NCBI GenBank assembly: GCA_047967505.1 | Contig: CM106538.1 | Strand: one strand, 5' to 3' | Length of the DNA stretch: 64,000 nt | DNA from: Dipteris shenzhenensis | Taxonomy: Eukaryota | Shown: in pieces, positions 48,940-62,479 of the stretch | Numbering within the stretch: position 1 is the stretch's first letter | Layout: every line of letters begins with the position of its first letter | Position numbers and translations under genes: made by a program | The notes under the pieces: generated by a model | What the model was told of the DNA's origin: nothing | The model's input: the letters and a program-made list of their open reading frames with translations, nothing else | Databases searched by the model: none

Positions 48940-50075
48940 CTCAACCATGTCGAAGTCATCCATTTCCACTACAAAAAATTCTGACTTGTGAGAACAGCCT
49001 CCCACTTGGACACCCACTTGGACACTGACTCCTTTGGCCACCTTGGCAACTGCTTGTCCTTGAGTGTTTACTGTTTTCATGACCTTGCCTTCACAGATTT
49101 CAGCTTTCAGCCCGATCTCCTTGGCTTTCTTAGAGGTGATGCAGTTATGGCTAGCCCCGCTGTCCAGCATAGCCCTCACTGGGCATCCGTTTACTGTAGC
49201 AGTAATGAACAGCAGATCAGAGGCTACCTTATCCTCACTCATGGCCCCTAGAAGCTGAAGGGGTGTCATGGTTTGGGTGGGCTGTCCATTTTCTGTTTCC
49301 TGGATAGTTTGTAATGACTGTCGCATAGGGCAATCCCTGGAAAAATGAGCTCCTGTGCAGATGTAACAACCACTCCCTTTCGGGGCTGAAAGACTCAACG
49401 AAGCCTTTGCTGACCCCACACTACTCTTGGGCTGAACAATGCTTACTGTACCTTTACCTTTTTGAGCAGCAGTAACTTCAGGTTTCTGCTCAGCTGGAAT
49501 CTCTCCCATAGGGCGGTACTTCTTTTTGGAGCCAAACCGCTTGAACTTTCTCTTCTCAAATGGGGAAACCCCTTGTTCAGTTGGCTTGGGCTTGGCTTGA
49601 CCTTGTCTCTCACCACCATGTTGTTTCTCTTGCCAATTGGTGAGGCGATCCACTACCTCGTATGCTTCAGCCACTATCTTTACATGCTCCCTCATGAGCT
49701 CATCATGTGCCCAAGGCCTCAGCCTTTTGATGAAGTAGTAAAGTCGATCGGCCTCACTCATCTCCTTGATTTGTAGCATGAGGGAGGAGTGAGCTTTGAT
49801 GAACTCCCTCAGGGTTCCGGTGTGTTTGAGACTATTCAAGGCATCCCCAGCCTTCCATTCGATGTCGAAGGGCAGAAACTGCAACCTCAGCCTTTGTGAG
49901 AGCTCCTCCCATGTGGAAATTGTGTAAGTGTTGCGGTGGGTTCTCTCATCTTCCTTGTATAAGTTTCTCCACCAAAGCTTGGCATCGTCCACCAAGTAGG
50001 TTGAGGCATGAAGCACTTTCTCCTCGGGCTCAATTATCTTGGCGAGGGCAAGATATTGCTGCATGTCATAGATAA
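48940..50075 (-). mobile_element. Ty3/gypsy chromovirus (Galadriel-like) gag-protease fragment
   Basis: YDMQQY..TYLVDDAKLWWR..LKHTGTLREF gag, CYICTGAHFSRDC knuckle, AMLDSGASHN protease; truncated at both ends. Confidence 0.88.
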
Positions 50076-50633
50076 CACCTATTTCATTAATTTTGGACTC
50101 TTGCACTGTCCAAATTCATTTTGTGAGATAATTCTGGATAAAACATTTCAAAAAAAGAGGCTCTTATAAAACAAAACATTGAGTCAAAAATGAAGATTTA
50201 AAAAAATCAAATTAGAAAAAATGACGTGAGATGTTAAAAATAGAGTACATCACATTGTTAAAAGAGACAAAAAAGTAAGATTTTAAAAAATCAAATTAGA
50301 AAAAATGGCATGACATGTTATGAAAACTAGAGTACATTTCAAAAAAGAGCACATCACATTTGTACATTTCAAAAAAGAGCACATCACATTTGTAAAGAAG
50401 TAGATCATATTACTCAAAGCCATATGGTGTCAAAAAACACCTTAATACAGTCTCTCTTAACATCATATTAACATCACATTTGTACAAGAAGTAGATCATA
50501 TTACTCAAAGCCATATGGTGTCAAAAAACACCTTAATACAAAGCCATATGGTGTCAAAAAACACCTTAATACACCTTAATACAAAGCCATATGGTGTCAA
50601 AAAACACCTTAATACAGTCTCTCTTATCTAAGT

Positions 50634-51086
50634 CTAAAAGATCTCATCATTGGTCTCTCTTATCTTCTCAACAACCCAATCCTTCACTGCCTCCACAGCT
50701 GTATCCTCAACATAATTACATGTGAAGAAGAAGTTTAAGCAATCACAAATTGTTTCTTTATAATTTCTCTGAGAGGCTCTTATTGTTCTCTCAGCATCCG
50801 CATCAAATCGCCCATGACGAGAGTTGCGATAACGCAGGTTACTTAAGAAGTCTAATAGATCTTGTCGTGCTTTTATCATACGTCTTAGAAGTCTTTCACT
50901 GTCTGCTATCTTGAGAGTCTCCTCCCTCTCTGCGTGCCTTTGTGCAGCAAATTCCTCTCTCTCCATGTGTGTCAAAGGAGAACCTTGTCGAATTCTGGCC
51001 TCTCTCTGTGCTCCTTGGTCAGCAATCCATTCTTTGAGATTGTTAATTCCGAACTCCACGTCTTCGACAATGCCAAGGACATCCAT
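50634..51086 (-). CDS. Hypothetical 150-aa protein flanked by tandem repeats
   Basis: Open frame with ATG and normal composition in otherwise AT-rich repetitive DNA; no recognised motif. Confidence 0.5.
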   Translation of the reverse strand: MDVLGIVEDVEFGINNLKEWIADQGAQREARIRQGSPLTHMEREEFAAQRHAEREETLKIADSERLLRRMIKARQDLLDFLSNLRYRNSRHGRFDADAERTIRASQRNYKETICDCLNFFFTCNYVEDTAVEAVKDWVVEKIRETNDEIF

Positions 51087-51129
51087 GGGTGGGGAGATGA
51101 TAAAGAAAGGGAGATGGACTACGGTGCAA

Positions 51130-52120
51130 GAAAGAAGAGAGTGTCTGCGGAAGAAGTAGGATAGAAGAATACTTGGTTATCAAGATGGATGAAAGAAGAC
51201 TCTGAGAGTGTTTGCGGAAGGACTAGGATAGAAGAATACAAGTTAATGAGAAGCACTAGGATGCAAGAAAGAAGAGAGTGTCTGCAGAGAAGAACTAGGA
51301 TAGAAGAATACTTGGTTATCAGGATGGATGAAAGAAGACTCTGAGAGTGTTTGCGGAAGGACTAGGATAGAAGAATATAAGTTAATGAGAAGCACTAGGA
51401 TGGATGAAAGAAGAGAGTGTTTGTGGAAGAACTAGGATAGAAGAATACTTGGTTATCAGGATGGATGAAAGAAGACTCTGAGAGTGTTTGCGGAAGGACT
51501 AGGATAGAAGAATACAAGTTACTCAGAAGGACTAGGATGTAAGAAATAAGAGAGTGTTTGTGGAAGGACTAGGATGGAAGAATACAAGTGCACTAAGGCA
51601 CGATGTGTTCACTACGATAAGGATAAGGGTTGGAATAAAGTGAGTGGCACGATGTGTTCACTATGATAAGGGTTGGAATAAAGCGAGTGGAGATTGAATG
51701 CTCTACTTTAAGTGAGTGGAGATGATAAGGATAAGGGTTGGAATAAAGTGAGAGAAGCATTGCGAATGCTCTACTTGAAGTGAGTGGAGACTGCCCAACT
51801 GAATAAAATTTTCATCACACAAGGATTTATTTCCAAATAATCACATCATCACACATTCATATCATAAAATTGTGTGCATGAAGAAATATATTACAAATAT
51901 TACATCATCACATATTCATATCAAAATTCTCATCACACAAGGATTTATTTTCAAATAATCACATCATCACACATTCATATCATAAAATTGCGTGCATGAA
52001 ATAAATATATTACAAATATTACATCATCACATATTCATATCAGAATTCTCATCACACAAGGATTTATTTCCAAATAATCACATCGTCACATATTCATATC
52101 ATAAAATTGTGTGCATAAAG
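51130..52120. repeat. Tandem repeat arrays (ACTAGGATAGAAGAATA units at 51130-51590; ~120-bp units x3 at 51805-52120)
   Basis: Directly visible repeated units; further short duplications at 50190-50625. Confidence 0.8.
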
Positions 52121-52217
52121 AAATTATATAAATATCATGATTATGCCACTTAAGTAATTATAAGTCACAAATTGGTGTATAATCAACTAAAACTACAAAC
52201 ACAACATCATACATGCA

Positions 52218-55200
52218 TCACAACTCTTGTGATGCTTCTAGTGGAGACTCTGGCAACTCTTCGGATGCTTCCAATGGAGGCTGTGGTGCTGTAGATGTAC
52301 ACTCGGTCTCTACTTCTTTTGTAGTATGTAGTGCTTTCGGAGTAGACTCAGTATCCTCTTCCTTAAATGCAAGCGGAGGCGGTGGCAACTCTTCTGATGC
52401 TTCCAGTGGAGGCTGTGGTGCTGTAGGTGTACATTGGGTCTCAGAGTCTACTTCTTCTGTAGTATGCAGTGCTTTCATAGTAGACTCAGTCTCCTCTTCC
52501 TTAAAGGGAAGCTCTGGTATTGCTTCAGTTGCACGTTGTACTCTAATGGCAGCAATTAGGTCTCGAATGATTTCAGCCCTAAACAATTGTATATCCTCCT
52601 CTGAATATTTGAGCTCCAAAGAGTCTTCCGATGAGATCTGTGGCTTAAGTGAGAAAATTTCTTTGAAAATCAACATGCAGTTGTAGGCAACTCTCCACCC
52701 ACAACTATGCCCATCTTCCTGCTCTACTACTAAACGCTTTTGGAAGTCTACCGAGTCTTTGTACTGTCCTGTTTCTCTGATAGCAGATACCAACTTCTCA
52801 ATCGACCTGCTCATCGTGACATATTAAAAAAACTTAGTGTATCTATCACATAAGGTACATAATATAGAAGTAACAACAGATTAATAGAATACTTACGTTT
52901 GCACTGAGCCATGAAAGCCTGCAATGGAGTTAACAAACCAACAATAGTTGTCTTCAAGGTTCCAAACCACCAGACTCCAATGTTCCCTACACGAATAATT
53001 AAGAACCATTATTATTTAACACAATGTTGCCAGTACAAGATGAAAATAAAGGTTGCCATGATACTTACATCTCATGATATGCCATAAATAGGACTCGCAC
53101 GCCATGTAAATGTAAAGGCTGTAATAATTTACAAACATCGGCTATTGTCTTTCTGCTATCGCTAAGTATAGGAGAAAGGAGGGAATCCAACATATACGCA
53201 CGATTTTGTACGACTCTACCCAATCGTGAGATAACTATACTGCACCAACAAATAAATGAATATTAGCTTATTAGATTTAATCAAAATAAATGAATATTAG
53301 CTTATTAGCTTATTAGATTAAATCAAAATATTGAATTATCAAGTAGAGAAAAAGTTTGTATCAAACCTGAGAATGGCCATCATAACGTTGTTATTGACCT
53401 CATTTGAAGCTCTAGAGAGAATTGAAATCTCTTCTCCCCCAAATTCAAGATACTGAGGTCTATGTTGAATCATAACCCTAACATTAAAAGAGCTTCCCAA
53501 TTCTTTTAATGAAGCCATGTTTGTAGAGTTGAGGTCTTCTATCCTCTTTGACTCTTTGATGGCATTCATTTCGCAATCAATGATTGCTCGAATGGTACAT
53601 GTTATAAATGCATAGAGATGCAAATCCGTATATGTTGATAGTGTGGTGTCATTTTGCATCTCAAAAATTTGACCAAGTACCAAAAAGCAATTGTAGCCCA
53701 CCCTCCATCCACAATTATAGATGTGGCTATTATCTTGATGTGATACCTGACATGTTATATACTCTATTTGTTGTGCCAAGTCACATTGCCGCATTACTAT
53801 GTCGATAGCATCTACTAATTTTTGAGCTGATCTGCATATCAAAACATATAACAACAGTGAATATGTGCATTGCATATCAATCTACATGTCAAGAAGTGAC
53901 AACAAGTGTAGTCTATACTTACTCTAACACATTGCCATGGACGGATGTCATTGAGTTTACAAAGAAGCACTTCTTCGCAAGGATGTCCACGACTACCAGA
54001 CTCCAATGTGAGCTGCATTATCAATAAAGAATAATTACTGTGTTTGAGACAATTCTAGCAATGCAATAGAAAAAACAAGTAGGGTTTGATGCTTACTTCT
54101 CATAATATGCTGTAAAAATAACTCGTGCGTCATTCATAGGAATGTGCTTCAACCACTTGCAAACATTCTCTATGGTTTCTTCTTTGTTGCTAAGCACTTC
54201 CGAAATACGAGGATCGAGCATATATGAAACGCTTTGTATATTTTGCGGAAAATTTGCTATAACATTACTATATTAAAAAAAAAAGTATTAGCTTCTTGGG
54301 TTTAATCAAAATAAGCAAAGTATAAAGCCAAGGAAAAGGCTGCATCAAACCTGAGGATGGTTGTAATGACTTTGACATTAACCTCATTCTTAGGATTCAA
54401 GAGGATTGAAATCTCTTCTTCACCAAATTCAAAAAAATGAGGTTGTTGTCGAATTAACAACATAGCAGTGAATGAACTTCCAATCTGCTCCAATAGATTC
54501 ATATTTTTATGACTCATCTTATTGAGGGAGTAGTCTACATCGTATTCTTCTTCACTTGCTATGTCCTCCACATCCTCCTTCTGCCATAAAAATATAAAAA
54601 AGTTATGCGATGTACACATCCCAAATAAAGGCTTAAACCTCGCTTAAACAAGCAGATAAGGTTTCATACATGCTTTCATTAGTGTAAGTCTCTCCTCTGC
54701 TTGGAGCAAAAATTTAAAAAGGTTTCATACACGCTTTCATTAGAGTGAGTCTCTCCTTCTCTTGGATGAAAAATTTAAAAAGTTATGAGATTTACACATC
54801 CCAAATAAAAATAATGGTTTAAATAATCATAGAAGTATAAAGATAGCATGCTTTCATTAGACAAGTTATGAGATTTACACATCCCAAATAAAATTAATGG
54901 TTTAAATAATTATAAAAGTATAAAGATAGCATGCTTTCATTAAACTCATTCTCTTCTCCTTTTGGAAGAAAATATAAAAAAATTATGAGATTTATACATC
55001 CCAATTAAAGGCTGGAACAAGTATACAAGTATAAAGATAAGGTTTTATACATGCTGCAATGTAGTCATATTTTCATGTTGTTTCCCAATGGTAGTAATTA
55101 GATGCTGAATACTCTCAGCCCAAAATGCTAGCAGATCAGCTTCTGTATATGATTCCATTTTGACTGGTAACTCCAGATCAAAAATCTCTCTAAGAAACAA

Positions 55201-58200
55201 CATGCAGTTGTAGGCGACTCTCCACCCACAGCTGTGTCCATCTTTTTGCTCCACTGGCAGACGTCTTTTGAATTCTACTTGATCTTGTTGCTCCGTGGTT
55301 GTTCTAACAGCAGATACTAGCCGATATGCAGCACTGTCCAGCATGACATATGAAATATATTAATATGTCATGATCATAAGATACAAAATAAGAAAGTATC
55401 AAAAATATTAAGAGAATAATTACCTTGGGGAGTTAGCATGATAGCCTTCTATTGAATTCACAAACCATAAATGGTTGAGTTCAAGGTCCCAGAAGATCAG
55501 ACTCCAATGTGAGCTACACGACCAGAATAAAAATGATTATTGTTTTACACAAACTTGCCAAAGAAATAGTAAAAATAAGGTTAGAGTTGATACTTACGCC
55601 TCATGATAAGGCATTAAGATGACTCGCACCCCATCTAAATTCAAAGGGCTTAACCAGGTACAAACATCTTCTATAGTCTTTTGAGGAGAGCTAAGAATAG
55701 AAGAAAGGAGAGCATCGAGCATGTAGACACGATGCTGCACTGTACTAGGAAGTTGAGAAATAACTACACTGCACCAAGAAATAAACAAACATTAGCTCAT
55801 AGAATTGATTTGCATTCTGCACTAGGAAACTGATATATAACTGAACTGTGAATAAATAAACAAATGTTAGCTTATTGAAGTAGCAATAAATAAATAAACA
55901 TTACCTGAGAATGGCCAAGATAACATTGTCATTAACCTCTTTTAAAGGATTGGAGAGGATTGAAACCTCCTCTCTACCAAAGCTTAAATACTGAGGTTCT
56001 CGTTTCAAAACGATCTTAACTTGAAATGAGCTCTCCATTTTATCTAATGCAGCTAAATTTGATTTTTCAATCAAATTTAGAGGTGGTTGCATTGTTGAAG
56101 TAGAAGGGAGTGCCTCCGTATTGACTTCATCCATTTCTTCTCCCTCTATTGCCTGTAAACAAATATGAGAGATTAGATTCATTATCTTTAAATTTAAATC
56201 TTATTTAAAAAATTATATTTAGTTGAGAAATAGAGAGTTCATACCGCTAAGTATTGTCGTAGTGGCCTTTTTTCATAACCCTGCGAGCCATAATTATCAA
56301 AGAGGGCATCATCATATTTGTCTTCATCCACCAACCTCTCTGTGAATGGGTCATGTAAGTCCATCTTTTTATCATCAACAACTGGGACATTATGATCTTC
56401 AAGGTAATCATCCATGTCATCGGTGTCCTTGTGGTCTATCTCTTTTTCATAGCCTGTGGTTAGATCTGCTTGAAGCTGGAAATAGGTCATGAAATGCTTA
56501 TTTTCAATAATATTGGTGGAGTTGCCTTTTCTTAGGAGATCCTCAAATAAATATCCCATCCTGCACAAGGTGACCTCCCAACCTGCCGGCAGCAAATTCT
56601 CCATCATGGTAAGCAAGAGACTCCCACTTTTTGCAGGACTTCCATAGTTGTTTTTTTGATAATGTATGGACCTGGGAATATCTTGCTCTTCTAGCATCAA
56701 TCTCAAATTATTTGAATTCCCTCTTATGTTCTTTTGTAAAGAGTGATCAGGGTTGGGACTCCGCATACACAGAAAGAATGATTCAAGAGTTTGAATCGCT
56801 ATGCCACATTCTCTCTTGCCTCTCTTTGCTGCATAAACACCACTATAGATCTTCAAATCTGATGAATATGCTCGCTCTAGAGTAACCTGCATGGCTTCTT
56901 TGTCTTTTTTATCAACAAATATGACAATGTTACAAATCGCCACTTTGCTAATGGTGGTATATACTATTCTATCAATGAAGTTATGGATATCATCGCTAGA
57001 AACTTCATTGATAAAGAATAGTTGTGGCTTATCCCATGCTGACTCATTCTTAAAGAAGTCATCTTCTGAGACTCCCCTGAAGTTGACAAGCTTTCCAGAC
57101 TCTGCTGTAACCTCTACATTGAATTGAAAGCTTTGGTGCATATTTGTCGGCATTCTTATCTCGCTGATTAATCTTTCCACATATGCAACCACCTGTTGTG
57201 GGATCTCTTTTCTCATATAAGAGGTTACTATTTCCGACCCATCTTCATCCTTTTTAATCCACCTGTTTGCCCATAGCTTTACCTTGGGTGTTGACAAAGA
57301 AGCTATATGCTTCACCACATTATAGTCAATGTTACAATGAGTAAGTGGAATTTGTTTCTCTGACAGCAAATACTTGATGGCACTATGCACTGCATCACGC
57401 CTCACCTGTACATTGATGCATTCTTCCATGCAGTGGTCTTTGTCTTTTTTTCCAAAAAACCATTCTTTCTTTAAAATTTTTTGTGCTGCCATGGATGCAT
57501 ACTTATCAGGTAAGTACTTTACAGGCCTCCACATCCTTGCCGTCAACTCCTTCTTATCCATTACCTTTGACTTGCCGGAGATAAACAAAGGAGCTTCATA
57601 GGTCAGCTGTCCACGCTCAGAAGCAATGCACGTTTCAAGCATCTCATTGAACACTTCAACAGGACGAAATATGATAGAAGTATAGTCGGCATATCTGTCC
57701 CTCACCACCTTGAGGCTTGTCATACTTTCTTCCCGCTCTTGGGTTCCCCTAGGCACAACTGCACTCAAAGAAGTATAAAAGTTTGTGAGTGTGTCGGCGT
57801 CTGCTTTTGTGACCTTTCGCTTCAAATCAGGATTTGGGGAACCAAATGTTGTCCATATCACCCTTGCCTTCTGTAAGACCTCTGATGTTGAGGATATCTT
57901 ACGCTTTCCATGGACATAATGATTAAGTCTTTCGGACTCAATCAAATACTTAATCTCATGCTTGAATATACAGATCGTTGCAGGATAATAATGGAATGAG
58001 CTTATCTTTACAAATTGTTCTGGAGTGAGTCTTTTGCCCTCCTTTGCTTCCCTTGCGATCTGATTACAAGCATAAGCCCAATGTTGACCATCAATGGGCT
58101 GGAATCTGCAATGAAGGAGAAATTCCTTCTTGACTTCCTTTAGCATATTCTCTCCTTGTGCCTCTTCGCCTTGTTCATGTGGAATATTTTTTAGAGTGTT

Positions 58201-59709
58201 TTTAAAGAATTGACTGAAGATCTCCTCGAAATGTGTAGGCCCTGTAAATGTTATTTGATCCAGAAAACTATTTTTGGTTGGACAAAACATTATTGGGCGC
58301 AAGACCACATTACTTGCCACAGGTTTCTTACCATCTCTCAAAGCCTCGTATATTTGCATTGCATAGGATATATCAAGGCTTCGGCTATTAGTAAACAGAG
58401 CTGCAGCTTCCACATCTTTGGCATTCACAAACCACGTCCTTTGACCCCAGATATATCCCACATCATCATCTGTAACTGCTTCATTAAGACGCAGATTAAG
58501 ATTTTTAATTGATGTGAGTTCATCTTGATCATCTTCAGCCTCGGATTCTGAGTCTTCTTCATCTTTCTCTTTTTTTGACTGTTTTTCATCCACATTATCT
58601 TTCTCTACAGTGGGACGATGTCTTTTCTTACTGCTTGGAACCGTGGCTCTTGCAGTACTAGCCTTTTGCATTTCACGTCGTGGTTTGCTAGCAAGAGCTT
58701 CTAGCATAACTGCAGTGGATCGACCTTGATCTTCTTCAATTTTTGCTAATTCCCGTGCACTCAAGGCTTGTTTTTCATCATCCTTAGTTACATTCACCAT
58801 TTCTGGCTCTAGAAGTTTGCGCTCATGTTCTACAGGTTTGTGACAGTGTGCCTGTTCTTCTTGTCCCTGCATTGAAGTCTGAGCTTTTTGATCTCCTTCA
58901 TGTGATGATCTCGGGGGGGTCACTATGTATAAACCCTCTATATCACGTGCGTTCAAGGCCTATATTTAAAGTCCCTTATCTGTAGAAAATTTCATTAATA
59001 AAATGTACCCCTTTTCTATACAAATCTGTAAATTTTTTCCAAAAATATTTTAAATAGTCCCTTATGTATATTTATTTCTGTAAATTTTAGAAATAAAAAA
59101 AATCCTTCTGTTGAACTCACGTGATAGGGTTACATATGATGGGTGACCCCCCCGAGGTGATGATTCTTGCATATGGAGAGCATATTCTGCATCCTGAAAG
59201 TATTCAAACATTATCTTTGCATGCATCCTTTTTGCCACCACACTAGGAAATTGCTCCCAAGTATATGAAAGAGTCTCCAATGCCCTTTGCAGCTCTGGAA
59301 ACTTTGATGGTTGAGGAGGAGGCATCACAAAGGTCTTTGCGTCTCTCCTTGACACAATAAAATGCATACCGCCAACTTCAGGATCTGAACTCTTTGTAAA
59401 AATATCCACAAAGGTGTCTTTTCGCTGAATTATTATGCCTACTACAAGACTTGAAGTCATATCTTTTTTGAAGAAAGTAGCATCCCATGGATCTTCAACA
59501 CCATTGAACTCCCTTTTTGACATAAGTAGAAAGAGTCTCTTTTCCTTTTGATGAAGAAACCAAGCTCTTCTACCCATGTGATATCGAGTCCACCTACCAA
59601 AGCCATTGGGGCTATATTCCTTTCCTTTGAAATTCAAAGTGACATCAGAAACCCATTCTCTGATCTCAGAGTCATCTAGCATAGCCATCACATTAGCTGA
59701 TTGCTCCAT
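52218..59709 (-). CDS. Multi-exon gene: ParB-like region, degenerate DNA amino-methyltransferase-like region, three Ulp1/C48 protease domains; interrupted by MITE 5
   Basis: ATG 59709; removing the MITE fuses the 246-aa and 905-aa ORFs (HMQESSHEG); phase-compatible GT-AG junctions (56245>56152, 55905>55768, 55598>55513 and onward); three HWSL..VNS..Q..CGWRV.YNC sets. Confidence 0.8.
58910..59156 (+). mobile_element. MITE copy 5 (in the large ORF)
   Basis: Same TIR; TSD GTGATGAT. Confidence 0.95.
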
Positions 59710-60829
59710 AATCCTACAAGAAAAGATAATGAAGAATTTAGATACATACAAGTAAAGTACAATATACAACCCTTGATACAATAAATGTGGAAAATAGCCC
59801 AAAAGGCTTTACAAGGCTTCATATGGCAATAAATGTGGGAAATAGCCTAAAAGGCTTTACAAGGCTTAAATATTTGTACAAATGTAAAAGAATTAGCCAA
59901 TAAAGCTTTACAAGTAATATAAAATGTCGTCTAGTGATAAAGCTTCAATCTTTGTGAAGATTCATGTAATCTGTCCATCCATTGATATTTGAGCACTGAT
60001 ACCCAACTGGTGCAATCTATCCACTAAAAATTGTTCCACTGATATCCACTTATGCAACCCACATGATATCCACTTATGCAGCCCACTGATACTCGTTAAT
60101 TAGTGAATGGTCGGGATGGTCGGGTTTATTACAAGGCGCTTCATATGACAATAAATGTAAAAAATAGCATAAAAGGCTTTACAAGGATTTTTATGACAAT
60201 AAATGAGCTTAAATATTTATACAAATGCAATAAAAATAACCAATAATCATCAAGCTCCAATATGTCCCATGACATGTAATCTGTCCACTGATATATGGAA
60301 TCTGTCCACTGATATCTGCTCATGCAATCTGTCCACTGATATCTGCTCATGCAATCTACCCACTGATAAACTTCTTGGTAAATGGTAAAAGGTCTTATTT
60401 AATAGCATGTTATGAGTGTTAAACCGCATGTGAGCGAAGGGACTGACAACGATTAGGAACTAGTTAGAAAAATTTGAGCATGGCTTCGATTGGCAACTTG
60501 GAGAATTGTCTCTCCTCTAAGGCAATCTAATCTATGCTAAACTATGCTAAACCAACCGTCGAAGCGAAGAAAAGCAATAAATAATTTCTTTTTCTGTGTT
60601 CATTTTAATGTGCTGGGGTTTGAGAGGCTTAAATATGCAAAAGAAGGGGTTGTGATGTAGAGGCTAAACCTGCATGTGATATAAATAAAGAACAAGTATC
60701 TAAAGAAAAGTTAACATTTTTCAATTTAAAAGATGAATATATATAAAAACATTATCTCACCTTCAAAACAAACCATAAATTCACTCTTTTATAATTTTTT
60801 AAAAGTATAATATAAAAGATGTAAATATA

Positions 60830-60843
60830 TAAAACTCTCTTTA

Positions 60844-60882
<39 letters not shown>

Positions 60883-61339
60883 CCTAAATCTCTTTGTAGC
60901 CATAGTCAAGACACCTCATTCTCTCTCTTAATCTCTCTCTCTCTCTCTATAACTCTTAAGTATTTTTCATTCCTCTCTCTCTCTCTCCCTCTCTCTCCCT
61001 CCCTCAAGGAGCCACGGTCCCCAAGAGAAGCCACGGTCCCCAAGAGACCCGCTTCTCTCTCTTAATCTCTCTCCCTCTCTCTCCTCTCTCTTTCTTTCCC
61101 TCCCTACTCTTCTCTCTCATTTAAAAATATAATATAAAAGATGTAAATATATAAAACTCTCTTTACTTTCTCTCTCTCTCTCTCTCCTCCTAAATCTCCT
61201 TGTAGCCATAGTCAAGACACCTCATTCTCTCTCTTAATCTCTCTCTCTCTCTCTTTGACAACTCTTAAGTATTTTTCTCTCTATCCTCATCCCACTTATT
61301 CTCTCTCTCCCTCTCCCTCCCTCTAGCACAGAAGTTTCA

Positions 61340-61395
<56 letters not shown>

Positions 61396-61820
61396 CCTCT
61401 CTCTCCCTAAGTCTCCCTCTTCTCTTCTCTCTCTCTCTCTCTTTTCCTCTCTCCTCTCGCCACGTTTCATTCCCATAAACATATCTCTCTCTCTCTCCCT
61501 ATCTCTCTTTCTCTCTCCCTCTCTCTCCCTACTCTCTCCCTCCCTCAAGTAGCCATGGCCCCCAAGAGACCCGCTTCTCTCTCTTAATCTCTCTCCCCCT
61601 CTCTCCTCTCTCTTTACCCGCTTCTCTCTCTTAATCTCTCTCCGCCTCTCTCCTCTCTCTTTCTTTCCCTCCCTACTCTTCTCTCTCATTTAAGGAGCCC
61701 CTCTTCTCTGTATGAATCTCTCTCTCTCTCTCCCTCTCTCCCTCTCCTCTCTCATTTAAGGAGCCCCTCTTCTCTCTCTTAATTTCTCTCTTTCCCTCCC
61801 TCCCTATTCTCCCATTTCTC
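60830..61820. repeat. (CT)n-rich microsatellite region with internal duplications
   Basis: Long CT runs; 60805-60960 duplicated at 61127-61275. Confidence 0.9.
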
Positions 61821-62479
61821 AAATTTACAAACTCAAATATAAATAAAAAACTAATTAAAATAGAACTCAAAAACTCAAATAAGAAACTAATTTAAAAAGA
61901 ATTGTAATGCCTTCTAAAAGACCACCCTCCTCAAAAACTTTAAGAATAAACTAATTGAAAAAGAATTATAAGTAAAGAAAAAGAATTACAATACGAATTT
62001 TAAGAAATAGAACTCAAAAACCTTAATTGAAAAGAATTGTAAGTAAAGAAATAGAATTACAAGACGAATAAAAAAGAATGCAAGTACCTGGAAAAAGTGA
62101 AAAAAGTAAGGCTCGGCTTATCCTCTCTCTTCCGCTCTTGGTTGCTTCAATGAAATGAGGAGAGAGTTAAAACTAGTCCACTCCTACGCATAAATTTGAA
62201 TTTTCAAAAAAGAGAGGGAAATTTGAATTCAAATTTGTGTTTAACATTCTTCTTATACTTTCTTCTCATACGTTCCTTTTGAATTCAAATTTATGTTCAA
62301 CATTCTTCTTGATACTTTCTTCAACATTCTTCTCGATTGTCCTTTTCATGTAAGTCCTTTTCATTCTTCTCGTAAGTCCTTTTCATTCTTCTCGATTGTC
62401 CTTTTCATGTAAGTCCTTTTCATTCTTCTCGTAAGTCAAATCTTATTTTTCGTTCTTGCTCGTGATAGTAAGTCAAATC

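Noticed and set aside
58910-59156. MITE acting as a cleanly spliced introner
   Set aside because: No GT..AG pair at the element boundaries on the host (minus) strand that would restore the reading frame
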